Made by a program: the position numbers and the translations under genes. 64,000 nucleotides of DNA from a virus. Lineage: Duplodnaviria; Caudoviricetes. The notes beneath the pieces are model-generated. The model was given only the letters and a program-made list of their open reading frames with translations. It had not been told where the DNA came from and ran no database searches. The stretch lies in the IMG/VR virus record IMGVR_UViG_3300033074_000233, positions 64,001 through 128,000 of that record. One strand, given 5' to 3'. Shown here in pieces: positions 49,043 to 58,549 of this stretch; the first letter of the stretch is position 1; each line of letters starts with the position of its first letter.

Positions 49043-50050
49043 ATGGCGCGCATTTATCGCCACTCACACCTAATGGCCAAACTGAAGGCCATCGACGAAC
49101 AGATACAGGACAACTATTCAAGCGCGCAGTATGTGGAAGTCTGGGATACCCTACTCTACAATGCGCTTGAACCAATAGTGACCTGTACCAAAGTAGCCGA
49201 TCTAATTCTCGCGGACGTTCTCCACTTCTACGTGGAGAATCATCGCCGCAAACTTTCCTCGCTTCCAAAAGACCTAGTAATGTCTTCTTTGGTTCGCTTT
49301 CTCATAGCAGAACCCAAGGACAGACTTAAACGCCTGCGTAAGTGCAGGCTGGAGCGCAATGTACTACGCCTAATCATTACAACCTTTCTGGATTCGTCTG
49401 AGGAGTATCGAGCACTCACCCTAAAGAAGATTCACACTAAAGAGGGCACAGCCCATCAAGCCCACATAGATCATAGTCTGTCACACATAGAGACACGCCT
49501 AGGATACAATGGACGCTTGGACTTGTTCTCCGCTATGAGCACGGTAGTGTTCTGGCACGATCAGGCCAATAAGTTCAAGAATATGCTCATGGAAAAGTAC
49601 CTGCGCCTTATCGTGACTCAGGCTCAGATGTACTACAAGTCCAACAACTCAAACATGGACTTGGACGATATTATCCAAAACCTAATCGTATTCACCTCGA
49701 AGGCTTTGGATAAGTACGACGTTCGCAAGGGAACGATAGTCAGTTACATACAGACTTGGTTGCAACACGCCAAGAATGTAACCGTAGTTCAGGAGGATGG
49801 AATAGCATTCCTGCTACCAGTTGCCAAGCGCAGCGAAGTGGCGAATATGTCAGTAGCGATTGATAATGAGGAGGTACTGGAAGTAGAGTATGAGTGCGGA
49901 GAAAACGTGGAACTAGAGTCCACGCGACGCCGTGTTCAATTACTCGCCAAGTTGGTAGACCCTACAGGACTTGGTCGTTTGTCGTTAGGAATTTCGGAGG
50001 TATTAAGTCGGGAAGAATTGGCATTACAGCGCAGACACGCCGTAGGTTGA
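49043..50050 (+). CDS. Phage sigma70-family factor
   Basis: Region 2: YLRLIV..A..Y...DLDDIIQ......KALDKYD..KG..SY...W. Confidence 0.75.
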   Translation: MARIYRHSHLMAKLKAIDEQIQDNYSSAQYVEVWDTLLYNALEPIVTCTKVADLILADVLHFYVENHRRKLSSLPKDLVMSSLVRFLIAEPKDRLKRLRKCRLERNVLRLIITTFLDSSEEYRALTLKKIHTKEGTAHQAHIDHSLSHIETRLGYNGRLDLFSAMSTVVFWHDQANKFKNMLMEKYLRLIVTQAQMYYKSNNSNMDLDDIIQNLIVFTSKALDKYDVRKGTIVSYIQTWLQHAKNVTVVQEDGIAFLLPVAKRSEVANMSVAIDNEEVLEVEYECGENVELESTRRRVQLLAKLVDPTGLGRLSLGISEVLSREELALQRRHAVG

Positions 50051-50098
50051 TTCTGTAAATTGAGTTCGCTTCACTTCACACCCATCTGGGAGATTGTT

Positions 50099-51613
50099 AT
50101 GACACGCGCAAAGTTCAATACGAAAAAGACGTTTCAAGATTCCAAACCGCGCACAGGCGGTGATGACAACAAGAAACTGGAAGATTTGGTAGACACTATC
50201 AAAATGCCAGAGAAGGAATACGTTTCGATGCGCCTTATTGGCCCAGCGATTCCGTATGCACAACACTGGATCGAGTTCCACTCGTCCAAAGGCAAGGACG
50301 TAAACATCCCGAAAATCTGTCTTGCGTTCGATCCTGATACGGAAGACTTTGATTCGTCCAAGAAGTGCCCGTATTGCGACAACGGCAACAAGGCTAGCGT
50401 AGCCTACCTGACCAACGCAATCATTCGTGATATTCAGGAGAATGAGCCTGCTAAGAAAGGCAAGATGACTGACAGTGAGAAGAAGACTGGCTTCAAGGAG
50501 AAATCCTCGAAGACTTGGACCCCTGTCAAAGTCGTGCGTATCACTTCGACGGTTGCGAGCAAGTTCCAGAACCTGTCCAACGCCAACAAGGTCAAGGACA
50601 AGAAGTCTGGCGAGACTGTTGCCAAGCCTCTCTCGGACGAGAAGTACGGTCGTGATATCCAGATGCTGTACGATTCCAAGGCAGCAGGCTCGGCCAAGTA
50701 CGACGTACAGAAGGGCGATGAGCGTACTCCTCTGACCGAAGAGGAGAGTGAATACCTTGTATGGAATATCGAAGGTCTGTTCGAGCCAGAAGACCTGTCG
50801 CGCGCCAAGCAAGAGGCTGCCAAGTTCTTCGGCAAAGGCGGCAAGAAAGGCGAAGACGCTGACTACGACGAAGAAGATGACACGCCAAAAGGCAAGAAAG
50901 GCAAGAAGGCGAAAGATGAGTACCTAGATAGCGATGAGGACGACGAGCCGAAAGCCAAGAAGGGCAAAAAGAGTAAGAAGCCTGTCGATAGCGACGAGGA
51001 CGATGCGGACTCGGACGATGACGCGGCTGATTCTGACGACGATGCAGATTCGGATGAAGACGAACCGAAGTCCAAGAAGAAGCCTGCGAAGAAAGGTAAG
51101 CCCGGCCTGAGCGCGAAAGATTCGGACGACGACGGTTTCAGCGATGAAGACGACGCTGATGACGAAGACGAAGACTCGGACGAAGACGAACCGAAGAGCA
51201 AGAAAGGCAAGAAGCCTGCAGCCAAGAAGGGTAAGAAAGCAGCAGACTCGGACGAAGACGAAGACGAAGACTCCGATGAAGACGCTGATGATTCGGATGA
51301 GGATGAAGACTCTGATGAAGATGAGCCGAAGTCCAAGAAGAAACCTGCGAAGAAAGGCAAGAAGGCCGCTGACTCTGACGAAGATGAAGATGAAGACTCC
51401 GATGAGGATGATCCCAGGGCAAAGAAAGGCAAGAAGCCAGCAAAGAAGGGTAAAAAGGCCGCTGACTCTGATGAGGACGACGTAGACCTCGACGATCTCG
51501 ATGAAGACGAAGAAGAGGACGAGCCGAAGTTCAAGAAAGGCAAGAAGGACAAGAAAGCCAAAGGTAAAAAGTCCAAGAAGGACGAAGACTCGGACGACGA
51601 TGTGCCTTTTTGA
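50099..51613 (+). CDS. Single-stranded DNA-binding protein (gp32-like) with very long D/E-K tail
   Basis: HWIEF, ICL, CPYC, YLTNAII, GRDI; tail ends DDDVPF. Confidence 0.75.
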   Translation: MTRAKFNTKKTFQDSKPRTGGDDNKKLEDLVDTIKMPEKEYVSMRLIGPAIPYAQHWIEFHSSKGKDVNIPKICLAFDPDTEDFDSSKKCPYCDNGNKASVAYLTNAIIRDIQENEPAKKGKMTDSEKKTGFKEKSSKTWTPVKVVRITSTVASKFQNLSNANKVKDKKSGETVAKPLSDEKYGRDIQMLYDSKAAGSAKYDVQKGDERTPLTEEESEYLVWNIEGLFEPEDLSRAKQEAAKFFGKGGKKGEDADYDEEDDTPKGKKGKKAKDEYLDSDEDDEPKAKKGKKSKKPVDSDEDDADSDDDAADSDDDADSDEDEPKSKKKPAKKGKPGLSAKDSDDDGFSDEDDADDEDEDSDEDEPKSKKGKKPAAKKGKKAADSDEDEDEDSDEDADDSDEDEDSDEDEPKSKKKPAKKGKKAADSDEDEDEDSDEDDPRAKKGKKPAKKGKKAADSDEDDVDLDDLDEDEEEDEPKFKKGKKDKKAKGKKSKKDEDSDDDVPF

Positions 51614-52029
51614 TAATCCTTAAGGGTAAAGAAAAGTGGCGTAAAGTTCCATCTATGCCTAATTTGGAAGCCTCTAATTACGGTAGGATTCGTGTTATTC
51701 CCTACCAGAAACAGATGCCGAATGGTGGCCTTAGGTGGTACGGAGGATTTCCTACTAAAGGACAGTGGGGAGGCTCTCGGTATATTTACGTCATAAAGCA
51801 GCACACCTACAAAGTAGCGCGCTTAGTGTGCGAAGCCTTCAATGGAAAGAGTCCGAAAGGCTATGTGTGTATGCACTTGGACGAGAACGTGAGAAACAAT
51901 AAGCCTAGTAACCTGCGCTGGGGAACTCAAAAAGAGAACCTCAATGCTCCTGGGTTTATTGCGTATTGCAAGTCTCGAACAGGCGAGAATAGCCCTCTTA
52001 TAAAGGGAATGCGAAAGCGTAATAAGTAG
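51610..52029 (+). mobile_element. NUMOD4-HNH homing endonuclease
   Basis: EKWRKVP...EASNYGRIR, VARLV.EAF, HLDEN..NN...NLRWGT..EN. Confidence 0.85.
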
Positions 52030-52095
52030 TTTCTCCCGTGCGCGTATTTGGAGAGTGGCCTGAACACCCACTCTCCTTCTTTTCACGAGGTACAC

Positions 52096-54699
52096 ATGGC
52101 AATTAAGAAAGGTAAGGACGTAAAAGAGAAGAAGGTCAAGAAGACCAAGGAAAAGCCAGAGAAGAAAGGCAAGAAGGCGAAAGCCGAGAAAGAACCCAAG
52201 GTCAAGAAAGGCAAGAAAGGCCGAGTGATTGATGGTGACACTGGCGAGGTCCTGGATGACGATGACGGCATTGCGCTTCGTGCTCACGCTGCGTCCGAAG
52301 ACATGGATGCGATGCTTGACGCAATCGAGAAGGACGTTGGTATTGTTGCCGTTACCGCAGGTAGTCGTAACACAACCAGCACTGGCCTGCTTTCGCTTGA
52401 CCTGATGCTTTGTGGTGGCCTTGTCTCTGGTGGCTGGTATACCTTCTTCGGCGGTGAGCAATCGTCTAAGTCCACGCTGGCGATGACACAGATCGCACGT
52501 GCGGCTATGCAAGGCAAGATTCCGATCCTGTTGTACTTCGACTTCGAGGGTTCACTCTCCGAGTCGCTGGACTACATGCTGAGTATTGCACGGGCACAAG
52601 GTTTCAAGGGTAACTTGCAAGACCTCTTTGGCATTCAAGACCCGAAGACGGGCAAGTACGTCAAGAAGCCGTTGATTCGTCGGTATCAGGAAAGCGTTGC
52701 CGAGCGTTTCTTCGACCTCGTTGCCAAGCTGGAGCGTAGTCTGCCGGACAAACTCTATCGCAACGAAAAGTGGTGGTACGTTTACGAACATACCAAGGTC
52801 AATATCTCCAAGTACAGCGCCATCTCGGATAAGCAGTTGTACAAGCAGACTGGCAAACTCTGGGTTGAGACTGACAACGGCCACCCACAGGCTATGATAG
52901 TGGTTGACTCCTATCCGGCAATGCTTCCAGAGCGTCTGGATGAGGATGATGCTGGTGCGGGTATGGCTGCACAGGCCCGTATGTTCTCGGACAACATTAA
53001 GCGCGTCAAAGGCAAAATGTCGTCCAAGCGCATTGTAATCATGGGCGTGAACCAGTTGCGTAAAGCACCTATGGTTAAGTACGGCTGTCTACACGGAGAT
53101 ACCCAGATTCCGTTCGTAGATGGTACGTCGCACAGCATTAAGTCTATCGTGGAGCAAAAGATTGAAGGTGAGGTCTGGTCTCTAAACGAGGACACGGACA
53201 AGATAGAGCCTGCAAAGATTACAGGCTGGTTTAACAACGGAGAGGTAGACAAAAAATCGGACTGGATTACGATTACTACCACTAACGTAGTAGAGACACC
53301 CAATGGTGTTGCCTCTGTTACGGTTACGCCTGACCACAAAATCCTTACCCGACGTGGATGGAAAGCCGCGCGTAAGTTGAAAGTTGGCGATAAAGTCCTG
53401 AGTAAGTACGCATCTATCTACGAGGGAGAAATGCGCTCGGTGCTTGCTGGTGTCCTAGCTGGGGACTCTTGTATTGTTGGTGATTGCAGGAATAGTCACC
53501 TTAGACTTCAAGACTCGCAGAATGCCGAGTACGTTGCTTGGAAGCGCGACCTGTTGAAGGACGTTCTATCCTTCAACTTGCGCGGAACTAAGAAGCAAAC
53601 TTGGATTTCCAACAGGTATTACCAGTTGTCCAAGTTGAAAGAAAAACTCGGAGAGCGTGACCCAACTAAGTTCGCTAACGTGTTTGATGCCCGCAGCCTT
53701 GCTATTTTCTACATGGATGACGGTCATTTCAGGTCTGAGAGGAACACAAGTAGTATTTGTATCGGTCGTTTTAAAGGTAAAGAAAAACTTGAGCAGGTAG
53801 CAGAAATGTTGTCTGAAAAGTTCTGTGTGTCTCCAGTAGTTCGCGGCAAAAACCTTATGTTTTCTGCCGAGGATACGCGAGTTATGCACAGTCTAATTGC
53901 CAAGTATGTGCCAGAGCCTATGCAGTACAAACTTCTTCCTGAGTACAGGGGCAAGTATAAGGCGCATAAACTCAAGGCAAAAATCTCTACCAAGAACATC
54001 TGGTGTGAGATAAGTTCCATAGACAAAGGCTCAGACAGGAAGTTCAGGTCTAGGACGAAATACGACATTGAAGTGGCTAGCCATAGTAACTATATGGCGG
54101 GTAACGTAGCCAACGGATTCATTGTCCATAATTCGCCGGAATATGAGCCCGGAGGGGAGGCTGTCAAGTTCTTCTCGGACGTTCGTATCCGTATGGCCTC
54201 GCGTTCAGTTCTGGGTGGCACAGGTCAGATCGAGGAAGAACCGTCAGTAGAGAAACCGGGTGGCAAGGACGTGTACCGTTACGTCAACATGCGCGCAGCC
54301 AAGAACAAGTTGTCTGTACCGAACCTTGAAGGCTGGGCCCGTATCTGGGTGCGTGATGCCTACGGTAAAGCGCGTGGCTACGATCCGGTGTTCGATACCT
54401 TCACCTTCCTCAAGGAACTGAAACTGATTTCGGGTACCAAGAAAAACCTCGTTATCAAGTTGAAGGAGTTTGAAGGCAGCAAAGGCCTGACGTGGGCACA
54501 GTTCAAGATGCTGTGCATTGGCGAAAAGAAAATGGTGTTGCAGGTATTCAAGGACGCCAAGATCAAAGCCAAGCCGTTCAAACTGCGTGAGCGCCTGTTC
54601 AAGATGGTGTCTACGGGTAAGGCGACTGAGACCTACTTTGCTGCGCTTGCTGATGGCAGTGGCAAAGACAAGGACGATGAGGCACCGAGCGATGAATGA
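52096..54699 (+). CDS. recA: RecA/UvsX-like recombinase with intein
   Basis: STGLLSLD..L.GG, GGEQSSKST, DFEG, VVDS, QARMFS, NQLR, PGGEAVKFFSDVR, KNK. Confidence 0.92.
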   Translation: MAIKKGKDVKEKKVKKTKEKPEKKGKKAKAEKEPKVKKGKKGRVIDGDTGEVLDDDDGIALRAHAASEDMDAMLDAIEKDVGIVAVTAGSRNTTSTGLLSLDLMLCGGLVSGGWYTFFGGEQSSKSTLAMTQIARAAMQGKIPILLYFDFEGSLSESLDYMLSIARAQGFKGNLQDLFGIQDPKTGKYVKKPLIRRYQESVAERFFDLVAKLERSLPDKLYRNEKWWYVYEHTKVNISKYSAISDKQLYKQTGKLWVETDNGHPQAMIVVDSYPAMLPERLDEDDAGAGMAAQARMFSDNIKRVKGKMSSKRIVIMGVNQLRKAPMVKYGCLHGDTQIPFVDGTSHSIKSIVEQKIEGEVWSLNEDTDKIEPAKITGWFNNGEVDKKSDWITITTTNVVETPNGVASVTVTPDHKILTRRGWKAARKLKVGDKVLSKYASIYEGEMRSVLAGVLAGDSCIVGDCRNSHLRLQDSQNAEYVAWKRDLLKDVLSFNLRGTKKQTWISNRYYQLSKLKEKLGERDPTKFANVFDARSLAIFYMDDGHFRSERNTSSICIGRFKGKEKLEQVAEMLSEKFCVSPVVRGKNLMFSAEDTRVMHSLIAKYVPEPMQYKLLPEYRGKYKAHKLKAKISTKNIWCEISSIDKGSDRKFRSRTKYDIEVASHSNYMAGNVANGFIVHNSPEYEPGGEAVKFFSDVRIRMASRSVLGGTGQIEEEPSVEKPGGKDVYRYVNMRAAKNKLSVPNLEGWARIWVRDAYGKARGYDPVFDTFTFLKELKLISGTKKNLVIKLKEFEGSKGLTWAQFKMLCIGEKKMVLQVFKDAKIKAKPFKLRERLFKMVSTGKATETYFAALADGSGKDKDDEAPSDE
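53086..54132 (+). mobile_element. Intein with LAGLIDADG endonuclease (349 aa) in RecA loop L2
   Basis: KYG|CLHGDT...TPDH...IVHN|SPE; LAGVLAGD, FYMDDG. Confidence 0.92.
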
Positions 54700-55051
54700 C
54701 CTACCGGGAAACACCTACGCAGGTGTGATTGAGCCATTTACGCCTGCGGTTTTTGAGCACTTTCGTACTGAGCATTTCCTCAAGCACAACCTTGCTGTCG
54801 ATAGGATTACGGTGTCTCCCAATGTAGTCGTCTACCTTAAGACAAGCCACCACTGGCCCACGCTCATCGACTTTGCCAACAACTTGAGAGAGATTGAGCG
54901 TGGTCAAAAGGGCCGTCTTCTTGGAATGGAACTCTATGAGGACACGGAACTAAAGACCATAGAAGGCCTTGGTATCCTGAAGATGCAAAACTGGCGCATG
55001 GACAGAACGCTGACAATAGCAATCATGCAAGGAGTAGAACGCAATGACTGA
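54692..55051 (+). CDS. Stand-alone major-capsid-protein fragment (A-domain-like)
   Basis: NLA...ID...GQKGRLLGMELYED aligns with MCP NLA...ID...GQLGTILGMTVYTD. Confidence 0.65.
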   Translation: MNDLPGNTYAGVIEPFTPAVFEHFRTEHFLKHNLAVDRITVSPNVVVYLKTSHHWPTLIDFANNLREIERGQKGRLLGMELYEDTELKTIEGLGILKMQNWRMDRTLTIAIMQGVERND

Positions 55052-55388
55052 TCCCATAAGTTCATTGTTGCAGAAGCAGCGGAAGTTGGAACACTACCAA
55101 GTTTCAACTCACCTCCATATGATGTGGGCCATCGTAGCACAGGATACGTTAGCGGAGCCTTCGGATTCCACAACCCGTACTCTGCACGTTGCCCGCTTCA
55201 ATGAAATCCTTACGGGCTACAAGATGGCTCGCGCTTTGGGGGACTTCAAGGTTGTTTGCGACGATTCCAACAACACACCTGAGTACATTGACTCCAAGAA
55301 CTACTGTAAAGTGGATATATGGATTCAGTGGGACAAGTCGTCGGCGAACATGGAACACTTTGAGTTTCCGCCTGAAGGGTTTAGATAA
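55044..55388 (+). CDS. Stand-alone tail-sheath C-terminal domain
   Basis: EPSDSTTR...DFKVVCDDSNNTPEYID...VDIWI; AAGGAG RBS. Confidence 0.75.
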   Translation: MTDPISSLLQKQRKLEHYQVSTHLHMMWAIVAQDTLAEPSDSTTRTLHVARFNEILTGYKMARALGDFKVVCDDSNNTPEYIDSKNYCKVDIWIQWDKSSANMEHFEFPPEGFR

Positions 55389-55400
55389 CAGGAGTAGGTA

Positions 55401-56429
55401 ATGGCCCTCGATTTTCTCGCGGTTGGAGACCTACACACAGACAAACTATCCAACTTGTTCCCCGAAAATCACTTGCAACTGCAGGCGTTTGAATGGGACA
55501 AGGTTTGTCAGTATGCCATTAGGGAGAGCATCACAACGCTCATTTTCCTTGGTGACATATGCGAGAATGCAAGAATGACCAGCGACGCCGAAGAGGTGTT
55601 CGCTCGGTTTCTGGCTAAGTGGGACGGCAAGTTGAACCTGTACTTCATATTGGGTAATCACGATTGGGACGAGGTTGGTGTTCACAGCCTTCGTCCCTTC
55701 GTGACCAACTATGAACTGGGCTACTACAAAACCGTTCACATCATTGCAAAACCTGAGGTAAGGAAGATCGACGGCGTGAAGGTAAACTTCCAGCCGTACC
55801 CGGGTACAACTTCATACCGCGACCATGTCAACATAGGTCACTTCCAAGTGAGTGGCTCTACGAATGACAATGGTCGTAAGGTAAAGAAAGCACATGAGGT
55901 TGTCAAGGGGCACCTATGGATTATGGGTCATCTGCACACGCCACACAGCGTCGGCGACGTGCATTATCCAGGTACGTTATATCAGTTGAACTTCGGCGAA
56001 TCCTTGCCGAAAGGATTTATGCGCGTCCAAGCAAAAATGAAAGATGGACGTTTGAGGTACAAGACGGATCGTCTAAAGAACGAGCCGAGATTCAAGTTGT
56101 TCAACCTGAAGGTCGAGTCCAAGAGAGACCTGAAGGCGATTGATCCGAACCCTCTGTACAAGTACAAGGTGTTCCTCCAGTCAGACTACGCGCCTCCAGA
56201 AGATATGCTGGAGCGTTGGCCAAACATAGTAAAAGTTGAAGGCTTCAAGACTACGGAGGAATATGAGGCTGCTGTCCAAGAGGCCTTCATCGAGATAAGC
56301 AAGCAGACGTTACAACTGCCACCAATGGAAAAGATGCTGACCAAGTTTCTTAGGCGCAGAGGTTTCACGCCGGAACAGGTCAAGCGTGGAAGGCAACTAC
56401 TAGAAAAGGTTACGCCAAGAGCCAAATGA
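55401..56429 (+). CDS. Mre11/SbcD-like nuclease
   Basis: GDLH, LGD, GNHD, GH, GHLH, YPG. Confidence 0.9.
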   Translation: MALDFLAVGDLHTDKLSNLFPENHLQLQAFEWDKVCQYAIRESITTLIFLGDICENARMTSDAEEVFARFLAKWDGKLNLYFILGNHDWDEVGVHSLRPFVTNYELGYYKTVHIIAKPEVRKIDGVKVNFQPYPGTTSYRDHVNIGHFQVSGSTNDNGRKVKKAHEVVKGHLWIMGHLHTPHSVGDVHYPGTLYQLNFGESLPKGFMRVQAKMKDGRLRYKTDRLKNEPRFKLFNLKVESKRDLKAIDPNPLYKYKVFLQSDYAPPEDMLERWPNIVKVEGFKTTEEYEAAVQEAFIEISKQTLQLPPMEKMLTKFLRRRGFTPEQVKRGRQLLEKVTPRAK

Positions 56430-56974
56430 ATAGCCAAGTATTAGGGCACCGGGTGTATGCCGCAGAAGCCCGGGCTCATTTAACAACCGAGACAGAAAAG
56501 AAGTTGCTGACTGTGATTGACGCAGTAACCGCGTCCAAGCAGGCTCTGTGTGATTACTTACGCGCTAATCCAGAAGCAACGATGCGCGCGGCCAATGCCT
56601 TTATTTCAGGTGAGTGCTCGGCTATCTCCGCCGTGAACGACCACTTCGTTATTGGCATTCCGATGAACTCATTTAGATTCACACTTCGGGCTGCCGCCTA
56701 TCACTACTTCAACACGATTGTTCCTGAGGTAGCGCACGTACCTTTTAGATGCGGAGCGTTCCAAAGATTCATTAGAGAGCACGAGGAAGTTTTGCTAGTG
56801 TTCCCTGAGGTTAACGGTCTGGACCTAACTGTAGGCGACCTGAAGTTTTCTGTAAATAGACTGAATGCGACGCCAACTTTCGTCCAGTTTGTTCTAAAGG
56901 ACCTGAGTAGCGTCCGTCTATTTTATACGCTGGAAAAGTCCAGCATAGCCCGTCTATCGGAGTATGTATCATGA
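56426..56974 (+). CDS. Hypothetical protein
   Basis: ATGA overlaps at both ends. Confidence 0.6.
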   Translation: MNSQVLGHRVYAAEARAHLTTETEKKLLTVIDAVTASKQALCDYLRANPEATMRAANAFISGECSAISAVNDHFVIGIPMNSFRFTLRAAAYHYFNTIVPEVAHVPFRCGAFQRFIREHEEVLLVFPEVNGLDLTVGDLKFSVNRLNATPTFVQFVLKDLSSVRLFYTLEKSSIARLSEYVS

Positions 56975-58125
56975 CGATCCACACCTCACTCGCCGTCAAG
57001 TATCGCCCGCACAAGTGGGAGGACGTTGTTGGTCACAGTGCTGCCGTATCTCGCCTACGAGGCATTGTCAAGACAGGCAAAGTACCACAAGCCATCATGT
57101 TCTCAGGTCCGTCAGGCACTGGTAAGACAACGCTCGGCCGTATGCTTGCGCTGTACCTCAACTGCGACAAGAAAACGGCTTGTGGCGAATGTAACAACTG
57201 CAAACTTGGCGACAAGCATCCTGACGTTAAGGAGATCAACGCAGCCGAAGCGCGTGGTATCGACGACGTTCGGAAGATCATTAGCGAAGCCCGTTACAAG
57301 CCGCAGTTTGGCAAGTACCGTTTCGTTATCGTAGACGAAGCCCAACAGTTGACTCCACAAGCAGCCCAAGCCCTGCTCAAGCCGCTCGAGGAGCCACCCG
57401 CGAATACCATCTATCTGATTTGTACGATGGAGCCGGACAAGATTCTGCCTGCGATTCGCGGTCGCTGCAACAAGTTCGAGTTGAACCGAATCGGCAAAGA
57501 CGACATTACTTCGCGTCTCCAAGTGATCGCCAAGAAAGAGAAGGCTTCCTTCATTAGCGAGAAGGCTGCCGGCCTAATCGCAGAGGCTTCTGGTGGTCAG
57601 GTGCGCGATGCCGTTACGATTCTGGAAAGCGTGATCCAGTTCGTTGAAGGCCAAGACGTTAAGGTAGACAAACTCTCCGACGAGAAACTGGAGAAGTTGC
57701 TGTCGAAGGCAATGTCCTCGCTGCTGGAAGTAACGGACGACATGGTAGCAGCCAAAGTCTTGCTGTCTGTATACAAGGGCTCGGTGAAGTCTTTGCATGC
57801 CGCGATTCTAGATGCGAATGATTACAACTCGTTAATTTCAAAGATGGCGTATTTGAGCCTATACCTTTTGGACGCTAGGAACGCACCCGACAACAAAGGT
57901 GTCTGGCACACGGCCAACAATCGCAAGTTCCTGGCGATCTGCAAAGAGAAGGTCGAAGGCTTCGATGATTCCTCGTTCGACACGCTACTGCTTTCCGTGC
58001 TAGACCGCTTGAACGAAATCAAGGTAACGATGGGCACGTTCCTCGCGAACGACCGCGCTATCTTCACAGCAAAATTCGGCCTGCTTGCAACGCAGGTAAA
58101 AGCCAAACAGAAAAAGGAGAAGTGA
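56971..58125 (+). CDS. dnaX: Clamp loader, DNA Pol III gamma/tau-like
   Basis: KYRP, GPSGTGKTT, Zn Cys cluster, DEAQQL, LLKPLEEP, RGRC, RDA. Confidence 0.92.
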   Translation: MTIHTSLAVKYRPHKWEDVVGHSAAVSRLRGIVKTGKVPQAIMFSGPSGTGKTTLGRMLALYLNCDKKTACGECNNCKLGDKHPDVKEINAAEARGIDDVRKIISEARYKPQFGKYRFVIVDEAQQLTPQAAQALLKPLEEPPANTIYLICTMEPDKILPAIRGRCNKFELNRIGKDDITSRLQVIAKKEKASFISEKAAGLIAEASGGQVRDAVTILESVIQFVEGQDVKVDKLSDEKLEKLLSKAMSSLLEVTDDMVAAKVLLSVYKGSVKSLHAAILDANDYNSLISKMAYLSLYLLDARNAPDNKGVWHTANNRKFLAICKEKVEGFDDSSFDTLLLSVLDRLNEIKVTMGTFLANDRAIFTAKFGLLATQVKAKQKKEK

Positions 58126-58126
58126 T

Positions 58127-58546
58127 ATGGAAATGCAACCGCCAGATGTTCCAGTTCAGGAAGAGCCTGTAGACTCAGGTAACGACACAGCTCTTAACGA
58201 GCACCTGCACAAAATGGAAATTGCCCATAGTGGCATGATGATCGGGTGCGATAAAGCAGACAATCCACCTTATCAGCAAGGTTATGTAAAAGGCTACGGC
58301 GATGCCCTGAAAAGCATGAAGGAGTTCTCTGATAACTGTGGAACTACGCCCGCGTCCGAGGCTGTCCACATTCTTATCGCAGCCCTGAGAGCAGACCCGG
58401 ACTGGGCCTGGTCTTACCACTGCAACATTGCAATGGCGTTCCAAGATGAGGGTGGCGACTACAAAACTGCCAACCGTGCCGCAGCCCGCTTTATGAAAAA
58501 CTGGGCCGATGTAGATACAACGAAGTCTCCGCACTACTTTGAGTAA
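58127..58546 (+). CDS. Phage hypothetical protein (HCNIAM motif)
   Basis: DPDWAWSYHCNIAMAFQDEG...AAARFM; AGGAG RBS. Confidence 0.65.
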   Translation: MEMQPPDVPVQEEPVDSGNDTALNEHLHKMEIAHSGMMIGCDKADNPPYQQGYVKGYGDALKSMKEFSDNCGTTPASEAVHILIAALRADPDWAWSYHCNIAMAFQDEGGDYKTANRAAARFMKNWADVDTTKSPHYFE

Positions 58547-58549
58547 GCC

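Noticed and set aside
50860-51600. Tandem DNA repeats as a possible array
   Set aside because: In-frame, synonymously variable coding repeats of the SSB tail
51610-52095. Duplicated gene end flanking the HNH endonuclease, as at the GIY-YIG site
   Set aside because: No second copy of the SSB C-terminus found downstream
52440-52480. RecA inactivation through the non-canonical Walker A (GGEQSSKST)
   Set aside because: Lys-Ser/Thr is retained and phage UvsX proteins deviate similarly
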